From Anaerohalosphaeraceae bacterium (GTDB lineage Bacteria > Planctomycetota > Phycisphaerae > Sedimentisphaerales > Anaerohalosphaeraceae): a DNA stretch of 64,000 nt. Every line of letters starts with the position of its first letter. Within the stretch, counting starts at the first letter, position 1. Location: positions 384,001 through 448,000 of the forward strand of contig CAXXSL010000016.1 in assembly GCA_963675525.2 (NCBI GenBank), written 5' to 3'. A model generated the notes under the pieces. The model had not been told where the DNA came from, did not search any database, and saw nothing but the letters and a program-made list of their open reading frames with translations. Shown piece by piece: positions 29,521 to 40,119 of the stretch. A program made the position numbers and the translations under genes.

Positions 29521-32500
29521 TCATTCTTCGTAGATTGAGATGTTGTCGATGGCCATGTCGCCGAGAAAGTCGCCTGCGGCGACGCCGCGGAAGCGGACTT
29601 TGATCGTCCCGGTAAAGCTGCTCAAATCTACAACCGCTTCGGTGTAGGGGGCCGTACTTGAGGTATGCTGCTGGCCGGAGATGCTCCAGACGCCGTTGGT
29701 CCACGCCCCGCCGCTGTACACATCCACATTCAGCATCCCCATAGTCGATCCGTACATATGGTAGTAGAAACTAAGCACCCGGTTACTGCCGCCAATGTTC
29801 GGCCCTTCCAAGATCGCCGTATCGCCTGCCGTATAAGCATACCCGTCGGAAGTCTCCATATACGCATACCATGTACTGCCGCCTGCGCCGCTTGCAGGAC
29901 CCGTACTGCCGGACGGCGTGCCGCCGGAATCGCGGAACCACTCGTCCGTATCAACCCCGGTAACATTGGTCCATATCCCCCAGCCGGATTCAAAGTCTCC
30001 CTGGGTGCCGATCGCCAACTGTACAGTCACCGTCTGCGGACTGTTCACCGCCCCCGGATCGACAACATCGAAAGAATAACTGTATTGACCGCCGGATAAA
30101 CCCGTAATATCCACCGAAAGCGTTACCGGTTCGCTTTGACCCTGTCCCAGTGTTCCGCTTGTCGGCATTACGTTGAGCCAGTCCGGCTTGCCCGTCGTAT
30201 CGATCGACCAGTTCACCGTCCCCCCGCCGAGATTTTCAACCGCCAGAACTTGACTGTCCGGATTCGCGCCAGCCTCCAACCCAACAAAATTAAAATCAAC
30301 CTCCAAAACGGACAGGATGGGCCCGAGCCCGACCACTTCCAACCCCACCGTCACCGTCTGCGGGTTGTTCACCGCACCCGGCGCCATAACGTCAAACGCA
30401 TACGAATACTGCCCAACAGACAATCCGGTAATATCCACCGACAGCGTCACCGGTTCGCTTTGACCCTGTCCTAGTGTTCCGCTTGTCGGCGTTACGTTGA
30501 GCCAGTCCGGCTTGCCCGTCGTATCGATCGACCAGTTCACCGTCCCCCCGCCCGGATTGGAAATCGTTAGTACATTCGGGTCAGGATTCGTCCCGCTTTC
30601 ATAAACAACATAGGAAAAGGATGTTTCCGACACCCCTATAATTGGCCCGATTACCTCCAACTCCACTGTCACCGTCTGCGGGCTGTTCATCGCCGCCGGA
30701 TCGACAACGTCAAATGCATACGAATACTGCCCAACAGCAAGACCGGTAACATCCACCGACAGCGTCACCGGTTCACTTTCATCATGCCCAAGAGAACCGC
30801 TGGTCGGCGCTATCGTCAGCCACTCCGGCTTGCCCGTCGTATCGATCGACCAGTTCAGCATCCTGACGCCTGTGTTAAAAACAGTCAAAATATTCGGATC
30901 AGGATTAAATCCTCCTTCATAACCAACCGGCCAAAAGACTGTCTCAGAAACCTCCAGAATCGGTCCCGGTTCCCATAACCACTGGTAGGCAAATTCAGCC
31001 AGGTCATCGATATCCACAACGCCATTCAAATCAAAATCCGTATCCAGGAGATATTCAACTGTCTGCCAGTCTCGGGAAAACAAGGCGAAATCATGTAATG
31101 TGACGTGGTCATCATGGTCCAAGTCCGCCACGTTGCCGATCGGATTACCCGACATACTCGCCTCCGCCGTCCCGCCGTAGGCACCCATATTGATCCGGCC
31201 CCCATTCGGCCATAATTCATTCTGCCAGTCATTCGGGTCGCCAGGAATCACATCACTCGGTGCGCCCGCATCAATACACGGACTCGTCACAGTGTCAGTC
31301 ACCCATTCATTCGGATCCCATCGCCCATACTCGCTTTTCAGATGATAATCGCCACTATCCGCATCTGCAAACAACGGATTAGCGGTAATATTCCCCGTAC
31401 CGCCGCCTGTCCCTCCCTGGACACAGCTGTAAGATGGATGTGAACAACGAATAAGCTGATCCCCTGAACGTCCGGCATTATTGTTCCATATAATGCAGTT
31501 CACTATCGAACCATCACAATCATACAATCCACCACCATCAAGATCAGTCTCATTACCCAAAATTGTACAGTTGGTAATAATTCCATCACAATAAGCTAAT
31601 CCACCACCAAGACCGGGGCTGATATTGAACAAAATTGTACAGTTGGTAATTGAACCATCGCATCCATATAGTCCGCCGCCGTACCAGCCTGCTGTATTGC
31701 CGACGATGGTGCAGTTGGTAATTGAACCATCGCATCCATATAGTCCGCCGCCAGCACCTTTTGAATAGATTATCGTATTGTTCGAAATCGCGCAGTTCAT
31801 AACAGCCCCATCACAGTCACACAATCCTCCACCTACATATAATGCTCTATTACCGGTAATATTACAGCTTGAAATCGTCGCAAGTGTCCCATTACCCATA
31901 ATTCCCCCGCCAGAATCACTTGGATATGGACCTGTGGCGTAACCATTTGTAATCGTAAAGCCTCTCAACTGAAGATCAGACGTTTCACCGCCTGAAAAGG
32001 TCACTACAGATCCATCATTACCGCCGTCAATAATTGTCGACGCTACGACGACAGGATCAGATGGATCGACAGACGTCAGAATGATATCGTTTACATAGTT
32101 AGAATCGAAGACAACATTTTCATAATAGGTGCCCGGCGAAACGATAATTGTATCGCCACTGGCAGACGCATTAATCGCCGCCTGGATCGTTGGATACGTC
32201 CCCGGCACATCAATAATACGGCCAATTCCTAAATAAACGGCAATCGTCTGCAGACTATTTGCCGCACCCGGGGCGGTCATTTGAAATGCATACGAATACA
32301 AACCATCCACCAGCCCGGTTGTGTCTATAGACAATGTCACCGGTTCGCTTTCGTTTGGACCCAGAGAACCACTCGTCGGCATTAATATCAGCCACCCCGG
32401 CTTGTCCGTCGTATCGATCGACCAGTTCACCGTCCCGCCGCCGAGATTTTCAACCGTCAGAACTTGACTGTCCGGATTCGCGCCAGCCTCCAACCCAACA

Positions 32501-33900
32501 AAATTAAAATCAGTCTCGGAGACAGACAAGATCGGACCAATCACTTTCAGATCAACCGTCAGCATCTGCGGGCTGTTCGCCGCCGCCGGATCAACAACCT
32601 GGAATGCAAAGGAATATTGCCCGACCGGCAAACCGGTAATATCCACGGAAAGCGTTACAGGCTCACTTTCGTCATACCCAAGCGAGCCATTGGCCGGCGC
32701 AATCGTCAGCCAGTCCGGCAACGTTAATGTTACCTCGTTCACATCGACGATCGACCAGTTCACGGTCCCGCCGCCGGGATTAGAAATCGTCAGTGTTTGG
32801 TCATCCGGATTCGCCCCGGATTCCGGTGCAATAAATGAAAACGTATTCGATGAGACACTTAAAATCGGCCCAATAACGTCCAACTCCACCGTCACCGTCT
32901 GCGGGCTGTTCACCGCCCCCGGGGCGACAACGTCAAACGCATACGAATACTGCCCCCCGGATAAGCCGGTAATATCCGCCGACAGCGTCACCGGTTCACT
33001 TTCGTCATAACCAAGCACCCCATTGGCCGGCGCAATCGTCAGCCACCCCGGCAGCGTTAATGTTACCTCGTTCACATCGACGATCGACCAGTTCACCGTT
33101 CCGCCGCCGGGGTTAGAAACCGTCAATAGTTGATCATTCGGATTAGCACCCGCTTCCAACGCAACAAACATAAAATCAGTGTCCGAAACGGACAGGATCG
33201 GCCCGACCATATCAGCGATCTCCGCTTCGCTCAGCGCCCGGTTATAAATCCGCACATCATCAATCAAACCATTCCAGAATTGTCCGGTAGCAAGAGTCTT
33301 ATGAGCGCCAATGTATAAGACTCCCTCAGTGTACTCTAATCCTGAAATATCTTCGGTATCAGCCGCGACAACTTGTCCATCCATGTAAAGCCGCCTTCGA
33401 AATCCATCCCAGGTAACACCCACATGATGCCAATTGTCAGAATCCCAAGGAAAACCGGCGTTTAAAAGACTGAAATTATTTGCTTCTGTAAGATTCGTAT
33501 ATAAAACGCCATCCGCTGCGACATGCAGCCAGATTCTCCCGATTCCGTTTACGTCCGTCTGGCAGATAATTTTTTGAGTCGCAGCACCACCCTTGACCCA
33601 CGCAACCGCACTGAAAGGCCCCGCCGTGGCCGGATTCAGAATATAGGGAGTTTCCACATAATCATCCACGCCGTCCAGGTCGATTGCCTGCCCGTCAACA
33701 CCGCCGGCCCATTGCGCACCGGAAGCATTATCATCATGAAATGTCCCGTGATGTAAACCGGGTGAACTGTCCAGAAAATCGCCGTCCAGTTGCCAATATG
33801 CGACAAGATTCGGGTCCGATGCAAATGCGGCAACGGAACAAAGTAAAAACAAAACCAGGCAGACACCAAAACGCTTGAGTAAGAAATGTGATAATTGCAT
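29521..33900 (-). CDS. Large secreted multidomain protein: LamG + 3 BACON-like + beta-helix + dockerin-like + 3 BACON-like + MAM
   Basis: Signal peptide; DNWHHVGVTW..IDDVRIYNRALS; six GPIL.VS...N.G...NWSI repeats; GGGL..CDG.I.NC repeats; DLDHDDHV/DFDLNGVV; DFESG..LSFYYHMYG..DMAIDNI; ATG 33900 with GGAGGA RBS. Confidence 0.88.
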   Translation of the reverse strand: MQLSHFLLKRFGVCLVLFLLCSVAAFASDPNLVAYWQLDGDFLDSSPGLHHGTFHDDNASGAQWAGGVDGQAIDLDGVDDYVETPYILNPATAGPFSAVAWVKGGAATQKIICQTDVNGIGRIWLHVAADGVLYTNLTEANNFSLLNAGFPWDSDNWHHVGVTWDGFRRRLYMDGQVVAADTEDISGLEYTEGVLYIGAHKTLATGQFWNGLIDDVRIYNRALSEAEIADMVGPILSVSDTDFMFVALEAGANPNDQLLTVSNPGGGTVNWSIVDVNEVTLTLPGWLTIAPANGVLGYDESEPVTLSADITGLSGGQYSYAFDVVAPGAVNSPQTVTVELDVIGPILSVSSNTFSFIAPESGANPDDQTLTISNPGGGTVNWSIVDVNEVTLTLPDWLTIAPANGSLGYDESEPVTLSVDITGLPVGQYSFAFQVVDPAAANSPQMLTVDLKVIGPILSVSETDFNFVGLEAGANPDSQVLTVENLGGGTVNWSIDTTDKPGWLILMPTSGSLGPNESEPVTLSIDTTGLVDGLYSYAFQMTAPGAANSLQTIAVYLGIGRIIDVPGTYPTIQAAINASASGDTIIVSPGTYYENVVFDSNYVNDIILTSVDPSDPVVVASTIIDGGNDGSVVTFSGGETSDLQLRGFTITNGYATGPYPSDSGGGIMGNGTLATISSCNITGNRALYVGGGLCDCDGAVMNCAISNNTIIYSKGAGGGLYGCDGSITNCTIVGNTAGWYGGGLYGCDGSITNCTILFNISPGLGGGLAYCDGIITNCTILGNETDLDGGGLYDCDGSIVNCIIWNNNAGRSGDQLIRCSHPSYSCVQGGTGGGTGNITANPLFADADSGDYHLKSEYGRWDPNEWVTDTVTSPCIDAGAPSDVIPGDPNDWQNELWPNGGRINMGAYGGTAEASMSGNPIGNVADLDHDDHVTLHDFALFSRDWQTVEYLLDTDFDLNGVVDIDDLAEFAYQWLWEPGPILEVSETVFWPVGYEGGFNPDPNILTVFNTGVRMLNWSIDTTGKPEWLTIAPTSGSLGHDESEPVTLSVDVTGLAVGQYSYAFDVVDPAAMNSPQTVTVELEVIGPIIGVSETSFSYVVYESGTNPDPNVLTISNPGGGTVNWSIDTTGKPDWLNVTPTSGTLGQGQSEPVTLSVDITGLSVGQYSYAFDVMAPGAVNNPQTVTVGLEVVGLGPILSVLEVDFNFVGLEAGANPDSQVLAVENLGGGTVNWSIDTTGKPDWLNVMPTSGTLGQGQSEPVTLSVDITGLSGGQYSYSFDVVDPGAVNSPQTVTVQLAIGTQGDFESGWGIWTNVTGVDTDEWFRDSGGTPSGSTGPASGAGGSTWYAYMETSDGYAYTAGDTAILEGPNIGGSNRVLSFYYHMYGSTMGMLNVDVYSGGAWTNGVWSISGQQHTSSTAPYTEAVVDLSSFTGTIKVRFRGVAAGDFLGDMAIDNISIYEE

Positions 33901-34145
33901 TGTTATCCTCCTGTCACAAAAGCCTGTTTCCTCCGATCGCTGCACACACGCCAGATGCATAATACCTACTATTCTACCAAAAACATCCCCTTTGTCAACC
34001 AAAATCCCACCACCAAAAAACAACCCAAAACCCGGAAATTGACCACAGGTCATCCCGAGCGCAGCCGAGGGATCTGTTTAAATACCCGCCCGAAGGGCTT
34101 CCTCAATTCAAAACCAAAAATTAAGAACTTAAAATTACATTTTGT

Positions 34146-34173
34146 TTGACATTCATCTAACTTATGGTATAAT
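34146..34173 (+). promoter_or_regulatory. Consensus sigma70 promoter with extended -10
   Basis: TTGACA-N16-(TGG)TATAAT, 690 nt upstream of glyA. Confidence 0.75.
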
Positions 34174-34340
34174 ACGCCTTGCCGTGCCATAGCCTTGGCG
34201 GCGGCAGGAAAATTGAAGTGTTATTTGAAAATTGACTGAAGAATCGAACAAAAGCGTGGAGCGGCAACGACACGATAATCCCGCCCAAAGTGTCAATTCA
34301 AAGGGAAGTTAGCATTTTAAAACAACCCTTTTTTACAAAA

Positions 34341-34755
34341 CGAACCCAATTTCCTCCGCAGCAAAATGACTGTAAGTCATTATCTTATTCTGACTTCTAT
34401 CTTCTATCTCCTGACTTCTGCCTGTAAATCGAACCCAAATCGAACCCAATACGAACCCAATTTCGGCCCCAAGTACCCCCTACTCGCGCAAGCCGTTTTC
34501 AGCCAAAAATCGCACGTTTTGCTTTGAAAAATCTCAAAAACCCCCTTTTTAACCCCGCCAACCCCCAAAAAAACAAACCCAATTTAAGCCCCAAGTAGCC
34601 CCTCGACAGGAATGCAATATACTGCATCCAAACCCCCAACGGACGCAACACCCTCATTTAAAATAGCGCCACGCGAACCCAATCGAACCCAAAAAATGTC
34701 ATCCCGGACCTCGATCCGGGGCAAACCCAATATGAATATTAAAACCGAACCAAAA
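34341..34755 (+). repeat. Array of C(G/A)AACCCAA motifs with heptamer tandem repeats
   Basis: Copies at 34341, 34430, 34441, 34452, 34574, 34674, 34684, 34722; heptamers ttctgac/ttctatc at 34388-34422. Confidence 0.75.
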
Positions 34756-34862
34756 CCACCCGTTTCCCGCCTGACGATTCAAAAGAATAAATACTTGTTG
34801 CTGGGGCTATTCTATGCTATAAGGCCGTTTTAGAATTCTTTGATAGTTAGGAGAACGCACTT

Positions 34863-36110
34863 ATGTCATCGGCCATTGAAAAAGTTGATTCCGTTGTTTT
34901 CGACCTGATCCGTCAGGAACAGGCCCGCCAGAGCAGCTCCATCCGCATGATCCCGTCGGAAAACTATGTCTCCAAAGCAGTTATGGAAGCCACCGGAAGC
35001 TGTCTGACCAATAAGTATGCCGAAGGTTACCCCGGCAAACGCTATTATGAAGGCCAGCAGATCACCGACCAGATCGAAAACCTCGCCCGTGACCGCGCCA
35101 AACAGCTTTTCGGCGCCGAAGCCGCCAATGTGCAGACGCATTCGGGTTCCCCGGCCAATCTGGCGACTTACTGCGCCCTTGCCGAACCGGGATCAATCAT
35201 TATGGGGCTGTCCCTGCCGCACGGCGGACACCTAACTCACGGCTGGAAGGTCAGTTATACGGGTAAATTCTTTCACTCCGTCCAATACGAACTCGACCCG
35301 GCAACCGGCCGGCTGGATTATGACAAGATCGCCGACCTGGCCAAAGAACATAAGCCGAAAATCCTGATCTCCGGCTCCAGTGCCTATCCGCGGGCGATCG
35401 ATTTTACGAAATTCGACGAAATCGCCAAAAGCGTCGGCGCATACCACGTCAGCGATATGGCCCACATCGCCGGACTCGTCGCGGGCAAGGTTCACATGAG
35501 CCCGATCCCCTATTCAGATGTGGTGACGACAACAACACATAAAACGCTTCGCGGCCCTCGCGGCGGCATGATCCTGTGCAAAGAAGAACATGAAAAAGCA
35601 ATCAATAAGTCGGTCTTCCCCGGCATGCAGGGCGGCCCGCACATGCACACGATCTCGGCCCTGGCCATCGCACTCGGCGAAGCGCTGCAGCCGAAATTCG
35701 CCGACTATGCCGCACAGATCGTGGCCAATGCCAAACGGCTGGCCGAAAAACTGATGGAATACGGATTTGACCTGGTTTCCGGCGGAACGGACAACCACCT
35801 GATCCTGATGGACCTGCGAAATAAGGGGCTTACGGGTAAGCCTTTGGCAAAAGCACTGGACCGGGCACATATCGTGATGAATTACAACTCCGTTCCGGGC
35901 GACACGGCCGGGCCGTTTAACCCCAGCGGACTCCGCATGGGAACCCCGGCCATCACCACACGCGGGATGAAAGAAGAACAAATGGACATGATCGCCGCAT
36001 GGATCAACACGATCTGCGACAATCTTGAAAACGAAGACGTCATTAACAAGTGCGGCAAGGAAGTACAGGAATTGTGTGCTCAATTCCCCGTGCCGGACAG
36101 CTTTGTTTAG
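34863..36110 (+). CDS. glyA: Serine hydroxymethyltransferase
   Basis: IPSENY, NKYAEGYPGKRYY, HGGHLTHG, TTTTHKTLRGPRGG, FPGMQGGP, SGGTDNH. Confidence 0.97.
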   Translation: MSSAIEKVDSVVFDLIRQEQARQSSSIRMIPSENYVSKAVMEATGSCLTNKYAEGYPGKRYYEGQQITDQIENLARDRAKQLFGAEAANVQTHSGSPANLATYCALAEPGSIIMGLSLPHGGHLTHGWKVSYTGKFFHSVQYELDPATGRLDYDKIADLAKEHKPKILISGSSAYPRAIDFTKFDEIAKSVGAYHVSDMAHIAGLVAGKVHMSPIPYSDVVTTTTHKTLRGPRGGMILCKEEHEKAINKSVFPGMQGGPHMHTISALAIALGEALQPKFADYAAQIVANAKRLAEKLMEYGFDLVSGGTDNHLILMDLRNKGLTGKPLAKALDRAHIVMNYNSVPGDTAGPFNPSGLRMGTPAITTRGMKEEQMDMIAAWINTICDNLENEDVINKCGKEVQELCAQFPVPDSFV

Positions 36111-36148
36111 CCGCGGTAAGAACGATCGGATAAGAGATTCACGAATCC

Positions 36149-36178
36149 AAAGGCGGGCCGCAATGCCCGCCTTTTTTT
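36149..36178 (+). terminator. Rho-independent terminator of glyA
   Basis: aaaggcgggc-cgcaat-gcccgccttt plus T run. Confidence 0.85.
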
Positions 36179-36280
36179 GTGCCATGAAATACAGATACAA
36201 TTTGCCCCAGATTGCGGCGGTGTGAGATTACCGGCCGTATGGCCGGTATCCTATATACCCCGTCAGGATATCTGAAATCT

Positions 36281-38056
36281 TTATTCCATCCATCTCTGGG
36301 CCATAACTGAATAATCGCTCATATCAATGTTTCCATCGCCGCCTGGGGGCCAGATATCACACTGTTGATTCCAATCAGGCGAACCGCTGGTGGAAAACAG
36401 AGCCCCACTAAGAATTCTAAGATCGAGTAGATCTATCAAGCCGTCCCCGTTAAAATCCCCTACAAGTTCTTCACGCGGATCAGACGATATAAGTTCAATT
36501 CCTTGCCCGGTTCCAAGATTTCGGGAATACTGCTTATCTGTCTTATTGTTCCAATGCTCATGAACCCCTAAACTTCCTAACCGGCTGCCGTCCCCTTCGG
36601 GGTCATAAAATACCCCCGAGGGCGGATCATCCGCTAACGCCGCTTCGTGGAGATAACTGTCAATCGGCATATCTCTGAGGGCGAATTGAGCTCTAAGAAA
36701 GTCTAATGCAACCGAATCAATCGCAACGGGGTCCTGAGAAACAAATAGGCTCGAGGGGTAATCTCCGTTAAAGGGGGAATAGGTAAATATTTGAGGCATC
36801 CCCGTGTAATTAATTAAAAAACTCCATAAACCATCTATAATGTACAGCAGTGTTTTGTCGCCCAGATCCTGATGTCCCATCAGGTCTACGAGCGTACTGT
36901 ATCGGTTGTATTGAGGAGCGGATACAAGATCATGCAAGGTGCGGTCATAATCAGGGCTGCGACAGAAACATCCATACCAATTCTTAGCGGTAAGCGTGGC
37001 CCCGCCAAAACCATGTCCCTGCATCCTGGCTAGATTGATTACATAATCCGCTTCAACAAAGGACTGGGCAATCGGGTAATTCGCAATGGGCTGACCAGTA
37101 TTCGGATTCGGACTGGACCATATGATCTTGTTCGACACAGATACCGCCATCAGGCGGCCATTCGTGCCCGGATTATTCTCAGGCAGGTAATAATTCGTTT
37201 CTACATACCGAACATCCGGAAAAAGAGCCGCACAGGGATTATAGGTTTTGTCATCAATATAACGGGAAGACTCACACAGGGTAATGCAATTCTGTTCAAT
37301 CCCAGCTTTGTAAACCAGTTCTTTCAGTAAGGCTACATATACCGCCGGAGGGGTGTCAGGAACACCGCTTCGATTACTGTGTGATAGTTGGTTGTTATGA
37401 TTGGGCTTAATCACAACCAATTCCCCTGCAGTATAGCCGACATCCCCTTTTCCATGTGTTATGTTATACTGCCTGAAGAGACAGTCCCATGCACTGGCCT
37501 CATCTGGTTTTTGGGTTAACCAGCAAATCGCATTCGCCATCATCGATTCGATAACGATCGGATCTGTATGATTGTTGTCCCACCAGTAGCTGCTGGTACC
37601 ATCCCAGGTGGCATCAGGATCATGAATCCAGACCACCCGGCCGGGAAATAAGCCCTTTGCCTGGCCAATGGGAGTGTTGGGCGGGTCTGCCGGGACAAAA
37701 TCTCCTCTAACAATCTCAGGGTTATAGCTTATCGTAAAAAACATAACCGCTAAACCAGCCGCCATACACGCGGCGACCAAGAAATATCGTGGTTGCTTGA
37801 TACGATGCCGTGCCCGGCGAAAAATCGCGGCCACACCCAGCAATCCCATCAGGTAAATCACAAAGCTGGATGCTATCGGAAAGGCTGCACGCTGACATGG
37901 ATAAGCCGCCCGACTGGGCTTGGGGATGACACGCACCAGAAACCACATCAAAGCGAGGAGTCCAATCAACAGAGAAAGGGATTTCAGCAAATGATTCTTG
38001 AGCCATACCAAAGAGAACGTAACCAGAGATTTATTATTGAAATGGTTTGAAAACAT
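36281..38056 (-). CDS. DUF362-like protein with an N-terminal membrane anchor and a C-terminal dockerin-like domain
   Basis: VVIKPN, ADYVINLARMQGH...TLTAKNWYG, SQDPVAIDSV, GVHEHWNN; GDFNGDGLIDLLD. Confidence 0.75.
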   Translation of the reverse strand: MFSNHFNNKSLVTFSLVWLKNHLLKSLSLLIGLLALMWFLVRVIPKPSRAAYPCQRAAFPIASSFVIYLMGLLGVAAIFRRARHRIKQPRYFLVAACMAAGLAVMFFTISYNPEIVRGDFVPADPPNTPIGQAKGLFPGRVVWIHDPDATWDGTSSYWWDNNHTDPIVIESMMANAICWLTQKPDEASAWDCLFRQYNITHGKGDVGYTAGELVVIKPNHNNQLSHSNRSGVPDTPPAVYVALLKELVYKAGIEQNCITLCESSRYIDDKTYNPCAALFPDVRYVETNYYLPENNPGTNGRLMAVSVSNKIIWSSPNPNTGQPIANYPIAQSFVEADYVINLARMQGHGFGGATLTAKNWYGCFCRSPDYDRTLHDLVSAPQYNRYSTLVDLMGHQDLGDKTLLYIIDGLWSFLINYTGMPQIFTYSPFNGDYPSSLFVSQDPVAIDSVALDFLRAQFALRDMPIDSYLHEAALADDPPSGVFYDPEGDGSRLGSLGVHEHWNNKTDKQYSRNLGTGQGIELISSDPREELVGDFNGDGLIDLLDLRILSGALFSTSGSPDWNQQCDIWPPGGDGNIDMSDYSVMAQRWME

Positions 38057-38162
38057 AATTTTTTTCCTGTGAGTTCAATGGGTTTACACAAATCCACGGA
38101 ATCCGTAAAATTTTTCATTTTCTTAAAACCGCTTTTCAATGCCTCAGCGGCTTAACGTTTTT

Positions 38163-38855
38163 CTAATGTTGTTCCTGATAGCGTTTTTCCTTTGATTCCT
38201 CAAGATACCTTGCCGCGGCATCTCTGCCGCCTAATCCAAAGGCCAGCGCCAAAGCAAGAACAATCCCGCCAAGGATGATATTGAAAGTCGTGGTTACCAA
38301 CAGGGGTGCAATGCCAAGCTGTGCCAGTGCGATTGTCACCGCGAAAATGATAATCGCCCATCGGCTTATACCGACCAGAAGGTCGGGTTTGGGTAAATTC
38401 GCGTTACCAGCCGCTACGCGAACGATTCCGGACACAAAACTTGCCAGAAACATGGCGACCACGAGCACAAGCAATGCTGCGATGACCTTGGGGACATAGG
38501 CAAATAAGCTTGCCAGAATGTCTGAAGCCTTCGGCAGTCCTAATGCGTTTACGACCATCACCAGCACCATAATCATAACCAGCCAATAAACAAGACCGCT
38601 GACGACTTGTCGGGCGGTAATCTTCAAGTTTCCCTTCCTTAGAATCTCTGATAGACCCGCCTTATCCGCCAGCGTGTCGAAGCGTACCAACTTAAGCACG
38701 CCGTTCACGACCGATCCGATTATTTTTGCTACAATCCAGCCAACAACCAGAATTAATAGCGCACCCAGCAGGACAGGCAGATAGGCCATGATTCGGGTCA
38801 ACATTTCACGGACCGGTTCCACAACAAGATTTTCCCATTCAATTACGGCTAACAT
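38163..38855 (-). CDS. TM-helix-repeat membrane protein (MscS/CmpX-related)
   Basis: Two YLP.LLGALLIL / YVPKVIAALLVL repeats; LALALAFGLGGRDAA; GGAGG RBS. Confidence 0.8.
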   Translation of the reverse strand: MLAVIEWENLVVEPVREMLTRIMAYLPVLLGALLILVVGWIVAKIIGSVVNGVLKLVRFDTLADKAGLSEILRKGNLKITARQVVSGLVYWLVMIMVLVMVVNALGLPKASDILASLFAYVPKVIAALLVLVVAMFLASFVSGIVRVAAGNANLPKPDLLVGISRWAIIIFAVTIALAQLGIAPLLVTTTFNIILGGIVLALALAFGLGGRDAAARYLEESKEKRYQEQH

Positions 38856-39017
38856 GTTTTATACCTCCATATTAAAATTATCACCGTTCGTTCTGGTTTT
38901 CTCATACGACTTATTTTGCGAACACTGGTTTACACCCTATTCGATATAGGCAAAACCCTTGTTTTACAGTGCCGATTTGAAGGCCCCATGAAAAATGCCA
39001 ACCCCGGAACAGACAAT

Positions 39018-39251
39018 TTATATTTTTTTTATTTTGGCGCGTATCTTGGCGCGAAGCACCACCACTCCTTTGTGCCGTCGTTCCAGTTCGGTTCGTCGTC
39101 GGATTTGTTCGCTTTCGTGTTGCGAATGTATCTCTTCGATATCAATCTCATGCGCTTGACTGATATTATCATCATGTGTCATCGCAACGATAGAGGCCGG
39201 CTGGAAGGCCGGCACTTCCGGGGACTGCAATTTGTTAACAACTTCATTCAT
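39018..39251 (-). CDS. Small hypothetical protein
   Basis: 77 aa ORF with AAGGA RBS; no motif recognised. Confidence 0.4.
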   Translation of the reverse strand: MNEVVNKLQSPEVPAFQPASIVAMTHDDNISQAHEIDIEEIHSQHESEQIRRRTELERRHKGVVVLRAKIRAKIKKI

Positions 39252-39724
39252 CGTCCATTCCTTTCAGGACCAGAGAGCACATATATGCTTCCTCCTGACT
39301 TGTTCTTATCATAACCAAAATGATACTTGTGTAAATCAGAGCAGCGTCCGGTTTTCATGTCAGACAAATGGACTATCCCGCTATCGGTCAAATTTCCGCA
39401 CAAATATCGATTCGCGGATCCAGGTTGTCGCTAAATATCAGGTTGACCGCCTTCTTGAGGATTTGAACGGCCAGGACAGCACAACAGACTATTTGTGTCC
39501 AACTGCTGTGGCCCGTTGACAATCGGTTTAACGGCACCGGACATGACACTTCGGAAACGATCGTTTTCTTTGTTCAGACCCCCACCATCGGATTTCACTT
39601 ACACAAACGTAAGCATTTTCACTGACAACAAATACAGACTTCACTCCGATTCACACGGGCTGAAGTTATGTTATAGTCAGGCCATAGCAGACTGATAACA
39701 GGATAAATGCAAGGAATCGAGTCT

Positions 39725-40069
39725 ATGAAAGTAGCAGTAACTTCGACCGGACCCAAACTGGATGACCCTATAGGAACACGGCCGGATAAGTGTTCTCACT
39801 GGCTGGTCGTGAATCCTGTAACCATGGAATGTGAGGCCATTCCAAATCCGTTAACCAGCGTTAGGGGTCCGGCAGCGGGAAAGTTCCTTGCCCAAATACT
39901 GGAGGAATATAGGGTCAAATTCATTCTGGCAGGCGGTTGCAGATGTAAACAATTGAAAGAACTGAGTGAAAATGGAATGAGAGTACTTTTTGGGATGACA
40001 GGTTCGGCTCGAGAAACCGTGGAAAAGTTTAATCGGAGCCCGTTTTTAGAATATTGTGATTCTTATTAG
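39725..40069 (+). CDS. NifB/NifX-family (FeMo cofactor-binding-like) protein
   Basis: MKVAVTSTGPKLDD...EAIPNP...GPAAGKFLAQ...G.RV..GMTGSARE. Confidence 0.75.
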   Translation: MKVAVTSTGPKLDDPIGTRPDKCSHWLVVNPVTMECEAIPNPLTSVRGPAAGKFLAQILEEYRVKFILAGGCRCKQLKELSENGMRVLFGMTGSARETVEKFNRSPFLEYCDSY

Positions 40070-40119
40070 TAATTAAAACCCAACACGATCTCGCATATAA
40101 GCACAAGAAGAAGGATTCT

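Noticed and set aside
29521..33300. Diversity-generating retroelement TR/VR pair
   Set aside because: Repeats are in-frame domain repeats, differences are not adenine-specific, and there is no reverse transcriptase
34146..34320. rRNA/tRNA operon start suggested by the strong promoter and boxA-like motif
   Set aside because: No 16S 5' end or tRNA cloverleaf follows; kept only as an ncRNA candidate
34341..34755. Possible CRISPR array
   Set aside because: Repeats are only about 9 nt, irregularly spaced, and there are no cas genes
39245..39283. 12-codon ORF MCSLVLKGMDDE with a CAGGAGG RBS on the - strand
   Set aside because: Too short to support from sequence alone; may be a remnant of the adjacent small gene
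39725..40069. Nitrogen fixation gene
   Set aside because: NifX-like domains are common outside nif clusters; no nifHDK here
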